From Bacteroidales bacterium UBA5762 (GTDB lineage: Bacteria; Bacteroidota; Bacteroidia; Bacteroidales; TTA-H9), in NCBI GenBank assembly GCA_002418865.1, contig DIEY01000003.1:31062-95061 (forward strand): a DNA stretch of 64,000 nt, read 5' to 3'. The position numbers were made by a program, and so were the translations under genes. The notes beneath the pieces are model-generated. The model had not been told where the DNA came from and searched no databases. It was given only the letters and a program-made list of their open reading frames with translations. Positions 28,680 to 36,984 of the stretch are shown one piece after another. Each line of letters begins with the position of its first letter. The stretch's first letter is position 1.

Positions 28680-30806
28680 TTATTGAACTTTATTAATCGA
28701 TCGTGCATCATTCTCAAGTAATCTTCTTAAATCATGTATCGCTATTTCATTGATTCCCAATTTAATTATGATTTGATTGATGAAATTCTCCAACATAAGA
28801 CGATCAGTAAAATCATTTGGACTTAAAACTATTACAGTCTTGTCCTTGCTTATTTCCATTTCTTCTGAAAGTTTGCCTTCTACATAAGCAATATCAGGAT
28901 GCTCGTAGGCCATAACAAAAACCTTATCACTTAATCCGTAGATCATAGGTAAATAAGCTTCGGGATAAAAAACAGGAATGGAGACACTCAGCTCTAATTG
29001 ATGCTCATCGCAATACTGCCTGGCCGCATTCAACAAATCGAGATAAGCACCCATGCTGGCTTCCTGATTGGTTTTATATTGTGTAAGCGTATGAGGCTCA
29101 ATATCGAGATGTATGCCTTGTAAAACAACTTGCTGATATTTTCCCAATAATTCGAGAAGTGCTTCCTTGCCCTTGTCCAAAAGACTATTGTGCCCTATAA
29201 GCAAATGAACTTTAATATGTTGGCCGTTGCATTTAAAAACAAAATCTTGAAGTTTTGCAATATCGCTCTCCTGAGCTGAAACCAAGACTTCACTAATTCC
29301 ATTATTTTTAAGGTATGCTATAATGTGTTCATTTGTAACTTTTTTAAACTGTTCTGACCAGATATAAATGTATCTGTATCCATTGTATTTTATGCCCATT
29401 TCCTCAGGATTGAATACGGTAATAAAATCGTTAGGATTATCGGTATCAAGGTAAGTGAAAATCTTTAACAATTTCAAATACATATCTTTTTTCAAATCCA
29501 CGAGTTCAATTTCAACGGCCAATTTTTCATCCAGAATTTGCATGACACGGAGCGGGCTATAAGCTTCATCTTCGAAGTCACTCATAACGATTTCTTTTCT
29601 AAGTCGTTCTTCAATTAGTAACTTTTTGAAATAGAAAGAGGTAAATTGCATTTTCTTGAATTGAAATTCATAGTAATGATTGAGCAATTCATTTGCAGAG
29701 GCGAAATTTTCTATATCTTGTTCATTTTCTACTATCTGTAAACGAGCATCTATTTCTTTTGCTGAACTGCTACCAAACTTAATGGGCGCACTTGCAGCCA
29801 AACCTACCGAAGCATAATTTCTGAAATGAGAAGGTGTAGGCTGCATGATATTATAACGAAAAAATGGTCTGACTACGAAATCATTCCACCGCCAATGTTC
29901 GGCCTTATATCTTTCGAGCTGCAAAGCCTTTGCCTCTTCATGCATTCCCGATTGATTGAATAGGCTTATCATCTTTTCTGGGTCAATATCAAAAACCGGC
30001 AAGTAAGCATCGCGGAATGTCTCATCCATAAAAATTTCAGGAATGCCTTCCCTGAGTTTAGTATTAAAATATACTTTGTTATCATTAATTAATGCTTCGA
30101 GCTCAGCTGCCTTACTTTGAAGTTCAAGTAGCTGCTCCCAAGAAGCAATCCTTAGCAAATACATTTGTTGGGCAATACGAAGCTGCTCATCCACTACTTG
30201 TTTCCTATGTGCTAATAATAAAGCCTTCTCACGCTTGAAAAGATATGTAATATAAGCATATAAGTAAAGATAAGAGGTTTGTTTAGTTTGCAATTTCTGT
30301 TCTAATAAAGCTAAATCTCTTTGTTTTTCAATAGCCTTGACCTTGGATTTGTTGGCAAATAAACCGCTGTTGAGCAAATCCCATTCTATTCCGAGATACA
30401 ATCTGCGAACGTAGGAAATATCTTCATCAGTAATAACCCCTGTCTTAAAATTCTCCTGATAGTTAGTTACAAACCTTAAACCAGGGTCGGAACGATAATT
30501 CTTTATCTGACTTTCGTAGAGTTCGATAAATGCGTCTGATTGATTCATTAGGCTATAATCGTTTGCAAATAACATATGTAATAAAGCAGTATCACTTATC
30601 ATTTTTTGAGGTACTACCTGATTCAACTCTGTTAGTAAAAATGAATCAACCTGATAAGCTATTTGTTTTAGGCTCAAACTGTCAATGTTCTTTATGGGAT
30701 ACTTTAGTTTCTGAGCAAGTGTAAACCCCTCTGGGAACAACAAAATAACAGTAGCAATGAAAATTATCTTAAATAAATATTTCAATATATTAATTGGTAT
30801 ATGCAT
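28680..30806 (-). CDS. Fusion protein: TolC/OEP-like outer-membrane-factor N-terminal half plus a C-terminal (beta/alpha)8 glycoside-hydrolase-like domain
   Basis: A signal-like N-terminus ends in LAQ. Residues 40-460 alternate short amphipathic beta segments (GLRFVTNYQENF, LYLGIEWDLL, ASVGLAASAPI) with long heptad helices, as outer-membrane factors do. Residues ~475-708 show eight hydrophobic strand / helix repeats, with GIHLDIEP at the end of strand 4. Confidence 0.55.
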   Translation of the reverse strand: MHIPINILKYLFKIIFIATVILLFPEGFTLAQKLKYPIKNIDSLSLKQIAYQVDSFLLTELNQVVPQKMISDTALLHMLFANDYSLMNQSDAFIELYESQIKNYRSDPGLRFVTNYQENFKTGVITDEDISYVRRLYLGIEWDLLNSGLFANKSKVKAIEKQRDLALLEQKLQTKQTSYLYLYAYITYLFKREKALLLAHRKQVVDEQLRIAQQMYLLRIASWEQLLELQSKAAELEALINDNKVYFNTKLREGIPEIFMDETFRDAYLPVFDIDPEKMISLFNQSGMHEEAKALQLERYKAEHWRWNDFVVRPFFRYNIMQPTPSHFRNYASVGLAASAPIKFGSSSAKEIDARLQIVENEQDIENFASANELLNHYYEFQFKKMQFTSFYFKKLLIEERLRKEIVMSDFEDEAYSPLRVMQILDEKLAVEIELVDLKKDMYLKLLKIFTYLDTDNPNDFITVFNPEEMGIKYNGYRYIYIWSEQFKKVTNEHIIAYLKNNGISEVLVSAQESDIAKLQDFVFKCNGQHIKVHLLIGHNSLLDKGKEALLELLGKYQQVVLQGIHLDIEPHTLTQYKTNQEASMGAYLDLLNAARQYCDEHQLELSVSIPVFYPEAYLPMIYGLSDKVFVMAYEHPDIAYVEGKLSEEMEISKDKTVIVLSPNDFTDRLMLENFINQIIIKLGINEIAIHDLRRLLENDARSINKVQ

Positions 30807-31386
30807 CCCTATAATTATTCTTTTTTTAGTCTCTAATCTTATACCAGATGTCGATTATTCACCTTCTCTGTATGCACACATCTTCAGTTATCCATAAAAC
30901 TCTAAGAGTTTTTTGAATAGGAATCATTTACTTACAAAAACTAAGAATTTTTTCTAACATTAATATTTCAATCGTTCATTTCGAAAAATTTCGCAACACT
31001 TTCCTAAATATAGAAAAAGTCTGTTCCATTTTGAAACTAGTTGTTGAAGATCGTGAGACACTAAGTATATAAGAACGAATGAAATGTAGGATTCAAGCCT
31101 AAATTGTGCAAAAAGATGTATGGGGAAGTTTAAATGGGAATATTTCTACCAAAGGCTCACCCTTAAGTAATCTGCTTTAAATGCTGATTCTATTCCATTA
31201 AGAATTATATAGTGCAGAAAGTAAAAACAATTCAGTCGTATTTTTAATCCTCAAATTAAATATTTTATGGTGCCGATTCAGGCAAAACAAAATTAACATA
31301 AATGATGTCTATTCGAAAAAAGGCTTAATTTTACCAGAAACTTCAAGTAATAAAAATATTAGGTAATTTAAAATCCTTCTCTAGGA

Positions 31387-32970
31387 ATGGACATTTTTAT
31401 TATAGCAGACGATGATACTTCTGAGAGTTTAAAAAATTCTATCCAGAAGTTTGGGCACAGGGTAGTTGGAAGAAACGTAAATATAACCAAAGCCTTAAAT
31501 CTTATTGATGAAATAAAACCTAACATAGTAATCCAATCTTTAAGCAGCATTGTCGAAAATAGATGGGTAGAATTGGATAAGGTTATTAGGACGAAGGGTC
31601 TTTCAGTATTATATATCATCAGTCGCTCACAGGAAGAAGTATTAAAAAAAGAATTACCCGGAAAATCAGTAAATTATATTATTCAGCCTTTTAGTGATGA
31701 GGAGCTCAATCATGCAATTGAAGATAGCCTAAGTTCTTCCATTATTGATGAAACAGGATATGAAATCCATTTAATGGAACATCTCTTAAACGAAGTGAAT
31801 TTTGCCTTCATCCTAACCGATAAAGTTGGTATCATTTCATACATTAATAAATCGGCCATCGAATTACTCGATATCGAAAACAAAAATTCCACGCTAAGAG
31901 GTTTCTTATTACAAGATGTCGTCAATTTGCTGGATGAGACAACCGAAAACCCCATACACCTCATTTTCAGTTCTCAAAATCAACCCTCAGATAAAACCTA
32001 TGGTGAGGCTATATTACTGACTCATAGAGGACAAAAATTAAATGTTTTATACACATTTAAACCTTTGCATAATTTGGCAGAAGAAATGATAGGATTTTTA
32101 TTGTCATTTCAGGATATAAGTCCACTAAAAGAACTATTTGCCATTTTGCAACGCAAAAACGAGCTACTTGAAGCACGACTTACCGAAAGAACCAACAACT
32201 TATTAAATCAAAATATTTTGCTCGAAAAAGAAATCAATCAACGTTTAAGATTTGAAAAAGAACTTGAACAAGCTTTATTAAAAGCAAAAGAAAGCAATCG
32301 GTTTCGCAGCAATATAGTTTCAACGCTATCGCATGAATTTCGCACCCCACTCACTACTATACAAAGCTCGGTAGATATCATCGAACGCCTTATCGGCAAT
32401 TCTCCCGAAAACGATAAAATTCACAAACATTTTCTGCAGATAAAAAAGTCAATCAAAACTTTAAGTGAAATGCTTAACGATGTTCTCGAGATAGAGAAAG
32501 CAGATAATCAAGCAGAACTTGAGCTAAGCGTTATCAAGCCACTCGATTTTTTTGAAGAATTGATTGATAATTATCGATTAGGCATTGGAAGCAAGCATAA
32601 TATTGATTTTCAACATAATGCCATGCCCATGGAGATACAAACCAATCCAAAACTCCTCTCTCAAATTATGAGCAATTTGGTTTCTAATGCTTGCAAATAC
32701 TCTGAAGAGCATACCACGGTAAGAATTATTGTTTTATTTAAAGAGAATGAGTTACAAATACGCGTTTCTGACGAAGGGAAAGGGATATCCAACGAGGACT
32801 TACCGCATATTTTCGAAACTTTTTATCGAAGCAAATCGGTCGAGAACATTCCAGGTAGTGGTCTGGGTTTGTCAATTATAAAAAAAGCCATTGATGCCCT
32901 CCATGGTGAAATTAAGGTAAAAACCACCATCAATAAAGGAACCCGATTCACTATACATTTACCATTATAA
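31387..32970 (+). CDS. Soluble sensor histidine kinase: pseudo-receiver + PAS + HisKA + HATPase_c
   Basis: H-box STLSHEFRTPL, N-box NLVSNACKYS, G1 SDEGKGI and G2 GSGLGLSI. The N-terminal 115 aa have receiver topology (FIIADDD), but Q50 replaces the phospho-Asp and Q100 replaces the conserved Lys. No TM helices. Confidence 0.85.
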   Translation: MDIFIIADDDTSESLKNSIQKFGHRVVGRNVNITKALNLIDEIKPNIVIQSLSSIVENRWVELDKVIRTKGLSVLYIISRSQEEVLKKELPGKSVNYIIQPFSDEELNHAIEDSLSSSIIDETGYEIHLMEHLLNEVNFAFILTDKVGIISYINKSAIELLDIENKNSTLRGFLLQDVVNLLDETTENPIHLIFSSQNQPSDKTYGEAILLTHRGQKLNVLYTFKPLHNLAEEMIGFLLSFQDISPLKELFAILQRKNELLEARLTERTNNLLNQNILLEKEINQRLRFEKELEQALLKAKESNRFRSNIVSTLSHEFRTPLTTIQSSVDIIERLIGNSPENDKIHKHFLQIKKSIKTLSEMLNDVLEIEKADNQAELELSVIKPLDFFEELIDNYRLGIGSKHNIDFQHNAMPMEIQTNPKLLSQIMSNLVSNACKYSEEHTTVRIIVLFKENELQIRVSDEGKGISNEDLPHIFETFYRSKSVENIPGSGLGLSIIKKAIDALHGEIKVKTTINKGTRFTIHLPL

Positions 32971-33030
32971 TAAATTGATAAATAAAGGTTTGAATTTTAA
33001 AATCTAATATAAAGCGTCTCTTAGATGTGG

Positions 33031-34281
33031 CTATTTAGAAACCTGGTTAAATCTTGCAACGGTAGAAAAATTATAAACAATCCCATCATTAGACGTAATT
33101 TTTCCTATTATATAAATGCTTTGAGTACCTATTTGAGGGCGATCGGATTTTACTCGAAACTTAAGTGATACTTTATCCATATCGGGTAATGGATTGTAAT
33201 AAATTGCAACATTTCTTGAATTGGCCACAAAAACAGCCTCTTCGATTTCTTGGTCCAAAGCAGTATATTCCATTGGCAATAAAATCTTTATTTCGGCTCG
33301 GCCTTTTATTTCACCTTTGTTTATTTCAATAGAAACTATAAAACTTTCGTTGCCTTTCACCTGATCGGGTACCCAGCAAATTGCATCTACTTTATTGGCT
33401 TCTTTTGTTACAACATCCTTCGAGGATATCATTTCTTCCTTTTGGGTAGTTTCTTGAGCTTGTTGTTCAGAGCTCAACCCTTCTTGTAATTGTCGCTGTT
33501 TCCATGAAGCACTGGTTTCTTTTCCATTATCCGAAGTTGATGAAGGCTTATCGTTTTTAAAATTGAATGAATACCCCAAACCAACAGACGTATATTGTAA
33601 TACATCCTTCTTGCCAGTAGTTCCCTCATACGCATCCAGTTGGTCACTATTTGAACCTAAATAAGCTGTTTCGAGCGAAAGCAAGAATTTTTCAGACAAA
33701 TGAATATCGAAACCCAGCCCAAGAGAAAAATCACCCTCGAGCATGCGGCCATTAATTCCACTGCCTTCACCATCACCTACACTCCGTATAAATATTTCAG
33801 AGGGATACTTGTATAAATCTGCTTTATAGTTCATTAATCCAATGCCCGCAATCCCGTATAATCGCGTAGTGTATTCCTCCTTTTTATTTCTGAAAAAAGA
33901 AGTAAAATCATAAGTGGTTTCTAAACTCGTTTGAAAAAGATCGGATCTGAATGAATAATACTCAATCCCAACATCTCTGCGACCAGCATATTCCCCATTG
34001 ATTACTCTTCCTCTTACACCCCATGCTGGTGTTATTTGTTTGGTTAAGCTTAATCCATAACCCAATCTCCAGTCTCGAGGATATGGGATGGGATAAGATG
34101 CTCCCTTAATAACTACAAGATCACCATAATAAAACATTGCGCCCGAATGTAGATCTATACGCCAATTCTTCCAAAATGAGGATACTGTAGTATCCTGCTT
34201 TTGTGCCATTAGATGAATACTGCCGACCATCAGACTAATTAAGATCAACAGAACCTCTATATTCATTTTTCTCCTAAACAT
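33031..34281 (-). CDS. Outer-membrane beta-barrel protein with a Q/E/S-rich linker and a C-terminal beta-rich domain
   Basis: Signal peptide (LMVGSIHLMAQ). The first ~240 aa have alternating-hydrophobic strands ending in aromatics (GLGYSFNF). A low-complexity linker is followed by a ~130 aa domain of unknown function. Confidence 0.55.
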   Translation of the reverse strand: MFRRKMNIEVLLILISLMVGSIHLMAQKQDTTVSSFWKNWRIDLHSGAMFYYGDLVVIKGASYPIPYPRDWRLGYGLSLTKQITPAWGVRGRVINGEYAGRRDVGIEYYSFRSDLFQTSLETTYDFTSFFRNKKEEYTTRLYGIAGIGLMNYKADLYKYPSEIFIRSVGDGEGSGINGRMLEGDFSLGLGFDIHLSEKFLLSLETAYLGSNSDQLDAYEGTTGKKDVLQYTSVGLGYSFNFKNDKPSSTSDNGKETSASWKQRQLQEGLSSEQQAQETTQKEEMISSKDVVTKEANKVDAICWVPDQVKGNESFIVSIEINKGEIKGRAEIKILLPMEYTALDQEIEEAVFVANSRNVAIYYNPLPDMDKVSLKFRVKSDRPQIGTQSIYIIGKITSNDGIVYNFSTVARFNQVSK

Positions 34282-34458
34282 GGTGATATTTTTTTAAGAA
34301 CCTGAAGATTATTCTTTGCGTCAAAAAATATTCCATAAATGATAAAACAAAATCAATCAATATATTATATATCGAAAGATAAAATCATTAGAAAAATTAT
34401 GGAATAATGAAGTCTAATTTGGGAATGTATGCAATCACGTTCGATGATACGAGACTAT

Positions 34459-34486
34459 ACAAAAATAAGACCTTAAGGTCTTATTT
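34459..34486 (-). terminator. Terminator hairpin directly after tRNA-His
   Basis: The minus strand reads AAATAAGACC-TTAA-GGTCTTATTT, followed by TTG. The U-tract is partly within the stem. Confidence 0.5.
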
Positions 34487-34562
34487 GGGGTGGACGGTGG
34501 GATTCGAACCCACGACATCCGGAACCACAATCCGACGCTCTAACCGCTGAACTACGCCCACC
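34486..34562 (-). tRNA. tRNA-His (anticodon GTG), with encoded G-1 and CCA
   Basis: The reverse complement folds as G-1 + GTGGGCG acceptor, anticodon loop TTGTGGT, T-arm CGTGG-GTTCGAATC-CCACC region, discriminator C and then CCA. Confidence 0.95.
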
Positions 34563-34616
34563 ATATTGAGACGGCAAAATTACTATAATTTTTCAAATAA
34601 CAATTACATCTTATAA

Positions 34617-35696
34617 TTATTTGAAGTAATAGGCTGCTTCATTAATCTGATCAATGGTTTGGATTTGTTGTGGTGGTTTTAAATAAGTTCCTAAGAACCG
34701 ATATATCTTTACCCTGATTTCTTTAGCCGTTTTTGTGTCTATCCTGTCAAATGAATGGCCTCCTTCAACATCCTGATAGATTTCATATTCGAATTTCTTG
34801 TTCGCGGCTTTTAACGATTTAATCAGATGTTCTACTTCTAATACATTCACATCGTCATCGTTGGTGTTAGTATGAATCAATAAAGGCGTTTGTAGTTTTT
34901 CTGCATTCCAGACAGGTGATCTACGACGATATTCTGCAGTATTCTCAGCGGCAGTTTGGCCAAGATGATAATCGGCCGCAAAAAGTTCCTGATAAGATGG
35001 TCCATGATATCCCATCCTCGCTATCAAATCACTGACGGGTACGCCGGCAAAAACCACAGCATAATCCGATGGATGCTCGAAAACATCCATCAAGGCTATG
35101 AGCCCACCATGACTCCATCCCACCAAGCCTACCCTGTTCTTATCAACAAAAGAATAATTTTCAATCATATAATTACGGGCTGCATGAACATCCTCAATCT
35201 CAAGACCGCCATAATCTATTTTTTCGTAAAACGACTTGCCATATCCTGTTGAACCTCTGTATTCGGGTGCAATTACAATATATCCCTGATAAATCATCTC
35301 CCGAATTATATGTGTGTGATAGGTCGTAAAATCTGCGTGAACTCCTCCATGCGGCAACACAATTAATGGATATTTCTTCGAATAGTCGATCTGTCTCGGA
35401 ATAAAAACATAACAGTAAAATTTCAAAGGATTGTTTGCTCCAGTGGCATCAGGATTCTTTATAACCCGTGGGGGTGGCCCGGTTATGTAAACCTTATCAA
35501 TATAGGCCATGTCTCCTACTCTATCGAACCATAAAATATCGTCGCTAAGCTTCTTTAAAATATCGAACTCATGTGTTAGATCATCTATCTTTTTTTCTAA
35601 ACGACGCAAGGCCTCATCATTTGTAATCTCTTGAGCATGCATTTGCAATGCCAGTAAGGCGAAAACCAGCATTAAAGCGTACTTTTTTCTTTTCAT
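34617..35696 (-). CDS. S9 prolyl-oligopeptidase-family serine peptidase / alpha-beta hydrolase
   Basis: A signal peptide follows the internal start MKRKKYALML. Nucleophile elbow GLVGWSHGG, with downstream Asp (NDDDV) and His (EGGHSF) of the triad. Confidence 0.75.
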   Translation of the reverse strand: MKRKKYALMLVFALLALQMHAQEITNDEALRRLEKKIDDLTHEFDILKKLSDDILWFDRVGDMAYIDKVYITGPPPRVIKNPDATGANNPLKFYCYVFIPRQIDYSKKYPLIVLPHGGVHADFTTYHTHIIREMIYQGYIVIAPEYRGSTGYGKSFYEKIDYGGLEIEDVHAARNYMIENYSFVDKNRVGLVGWSHGGLIALMDVFEHPSDYAVVFAGVPVSDLIARMGYHGPSYQELFAADYHLGQTAAENTAEYRRRSPVWNAEKLQTPLLIHTNTNDDDVNVLEVEHLIKSLKAANKKFEYEIYQDVEGGHSFDRIDTKTAKEIRVKIYRFLGTYLKPPQQIQTIDQINEAAYYFK

Positions 35697-35797
35697 AGCC
35701 TCTGAAATTTTTACGACGTAAATATAAATCATTTCTTAATATATTGATCTGCTAAGCAAACCCTAAGCCTTTGAAAACTATTTAATGCAAACATAAA

Positions 35798-35805
35798 TAT
35801 CTTTG
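35798..35805 (+). promoter_or_regulatory. Candidate -7 element TATCTTTG for rlmN
   Basis: TAnnTTTG lies 18 nt upstream of the ATG. A TTTG lies 24 nt upstream, which is a longer spacer than the usual 19-21. Confidence 0.4.
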
Positions 35806-35822
35806 CAAACGAGCTGCAAAAT

Positions 35823-36833
35823 ATGGATAAATCGGCAAATCTCATTGGTAAAAACCTCCCTCAACTAAGTGATATTCTATCTAATGCGGGTTATCAAAAT
35901 GTAAATCCCTCTTTACTTGCTCATACCCTTTATAAAAAATTTGGACGACCACTTAGTAGTATTGCAACTTATCCAAAGTCATTGAGGCAATTTCTCGAAG
36001 AAAATTTTTCGACCGATGTCTTACAACCTATACTCAAACTCCAATCGACAGATGGTACTATAAAAGGTTTATTTGAGAACGAGGATGGAAAACTCTTTGA
36101 AGCAGCTTGGATTCCAGCTGTGAAACGAATGACTATTTGCGTGTCATCGCAAGCTGGGTGCAGATTTGGATGCAAATTCTGCTCAACAGGTCAAAATGGC
36201 TTTAAAGGAAATTTAAATGTATATGAAATTCTTTCACAAATTTTTGGATTGCAAAAACCGTTTAATCACATCGTCTTCATGGGTATGGGAGAACCACTCG
36301 ACAATTTTGCTAATGTCAAGAAAAGCATCGACATCCTGACGGCATGGTGGGGAGTTTCTTTGGCTCATAGATATATTACCATCAGCACTGTGGGCTTAAT
36401 TCCTGAACTTCAACTTGCTATCGAGCAATTGAGGTGCAATTTGGCCATTAGTTTGCACTCTCCTTTTCATAACGAAAGAAAGAGCATTATGCCGGTCGAA
36501 AACATTTACCCTATCCATGAAGTGATAAGTATGCTCAAAGCACAAAAGTTTACGCCCAAACGAAGGCTTTCTTTCGAATACCTTCTTATAAAAGATTTTA
36601 ATGACAGTAAATCTCATGCCATGGAAACAGGTAAATTACTAAAGGATATGGAAAGCCATGTAAATTTAATTGTTTATAATCCTATTCCTTCACAAAATTT
36701 CGGGGCACCCGATACGTCAACAATTGAAAACTTCAGAAAAATACTCAATCTACAAGGCCTTAGAGTAACCATCAGAAAATCATCTGGTTACGATATCTCG
36801 GCAGCATGTGGAATGATGACAGGTAGCAGATAA
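35823..36833 (+). CDS. rlmN: 23S rRNA/tRNA adenine-C2 methyltransferase (radical SAM)
   Basis: Motifs: CVSSQAGCRFGCKFCSTG (CxxxCxxC), MGMGEPLDN and the C-terminal SAACGM. Confidence 0.9.
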   Translation: MDKSANLIGKNLPQLSDILSNAGYQNVNPSLLAHTLYKKFGRPLSSIATYPKSLRQFLEENFSTDVLQPILKLQSTDGTIKGLFENEDGKLFEAAWIPAVKRMTICVSSQAGCRFGCKFCSTGQNGFKGNLNVYEILSQIFGLQKPFNHIVFMGMGEPLDNFANVKKSIDILTAWWGVSLAHRYITISTVGLIPELQLAIEQLRCNLAISLHSPFHNERKSIMPVENIYPIHEVISMLKAQKFTPKRRLSFEYLLIKDFNDSKSHAMETGKLLKDMESHVNLIVYNPIPSQNFGAPDTSTIENFRKILNLQGLRVTIRKSSGYDISAACGMMTGSR

Positions 36834-36984
36834 TCAAAATCCACTCTTCATTATCCCCTAAATTCAATTTCTTCACAGCTATCATTTCTTGCAATCTACT
36901 CCCATAATTTTTTGATAAGCTGCCATGCATTTCAATAAGAAATTAAAAAATCTTTTATAGAAATAACCTACCATTCATCCATAT

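Noticed and set aside
31268-31284. A sigma-54-like element, TGGTGC-N-GGCA, upstream of the histidine kinase gene.
   Set aside because: The GG-to-GC distance is 13 nt, not the strictly conserved 12, and the -12 region reads AGGCA rather than TTGCA. This is probably a chance match.
24833-34562. The idea that the EPS, kinase and OMP block is a genomic island integrated at the 3' end of tRNA-His.
   Set aside because: The orientation fits, because the tRNA 3' end faces the block. However, there is no integrase, no mobility gene and no visible direct repeat of the tRNA 3' end near 24.8 kb, and the far border is a tight 4-nt overlap with a housekeeping gene. Compositional analysis (GC, k-mer) and comparative genomics would settle it.
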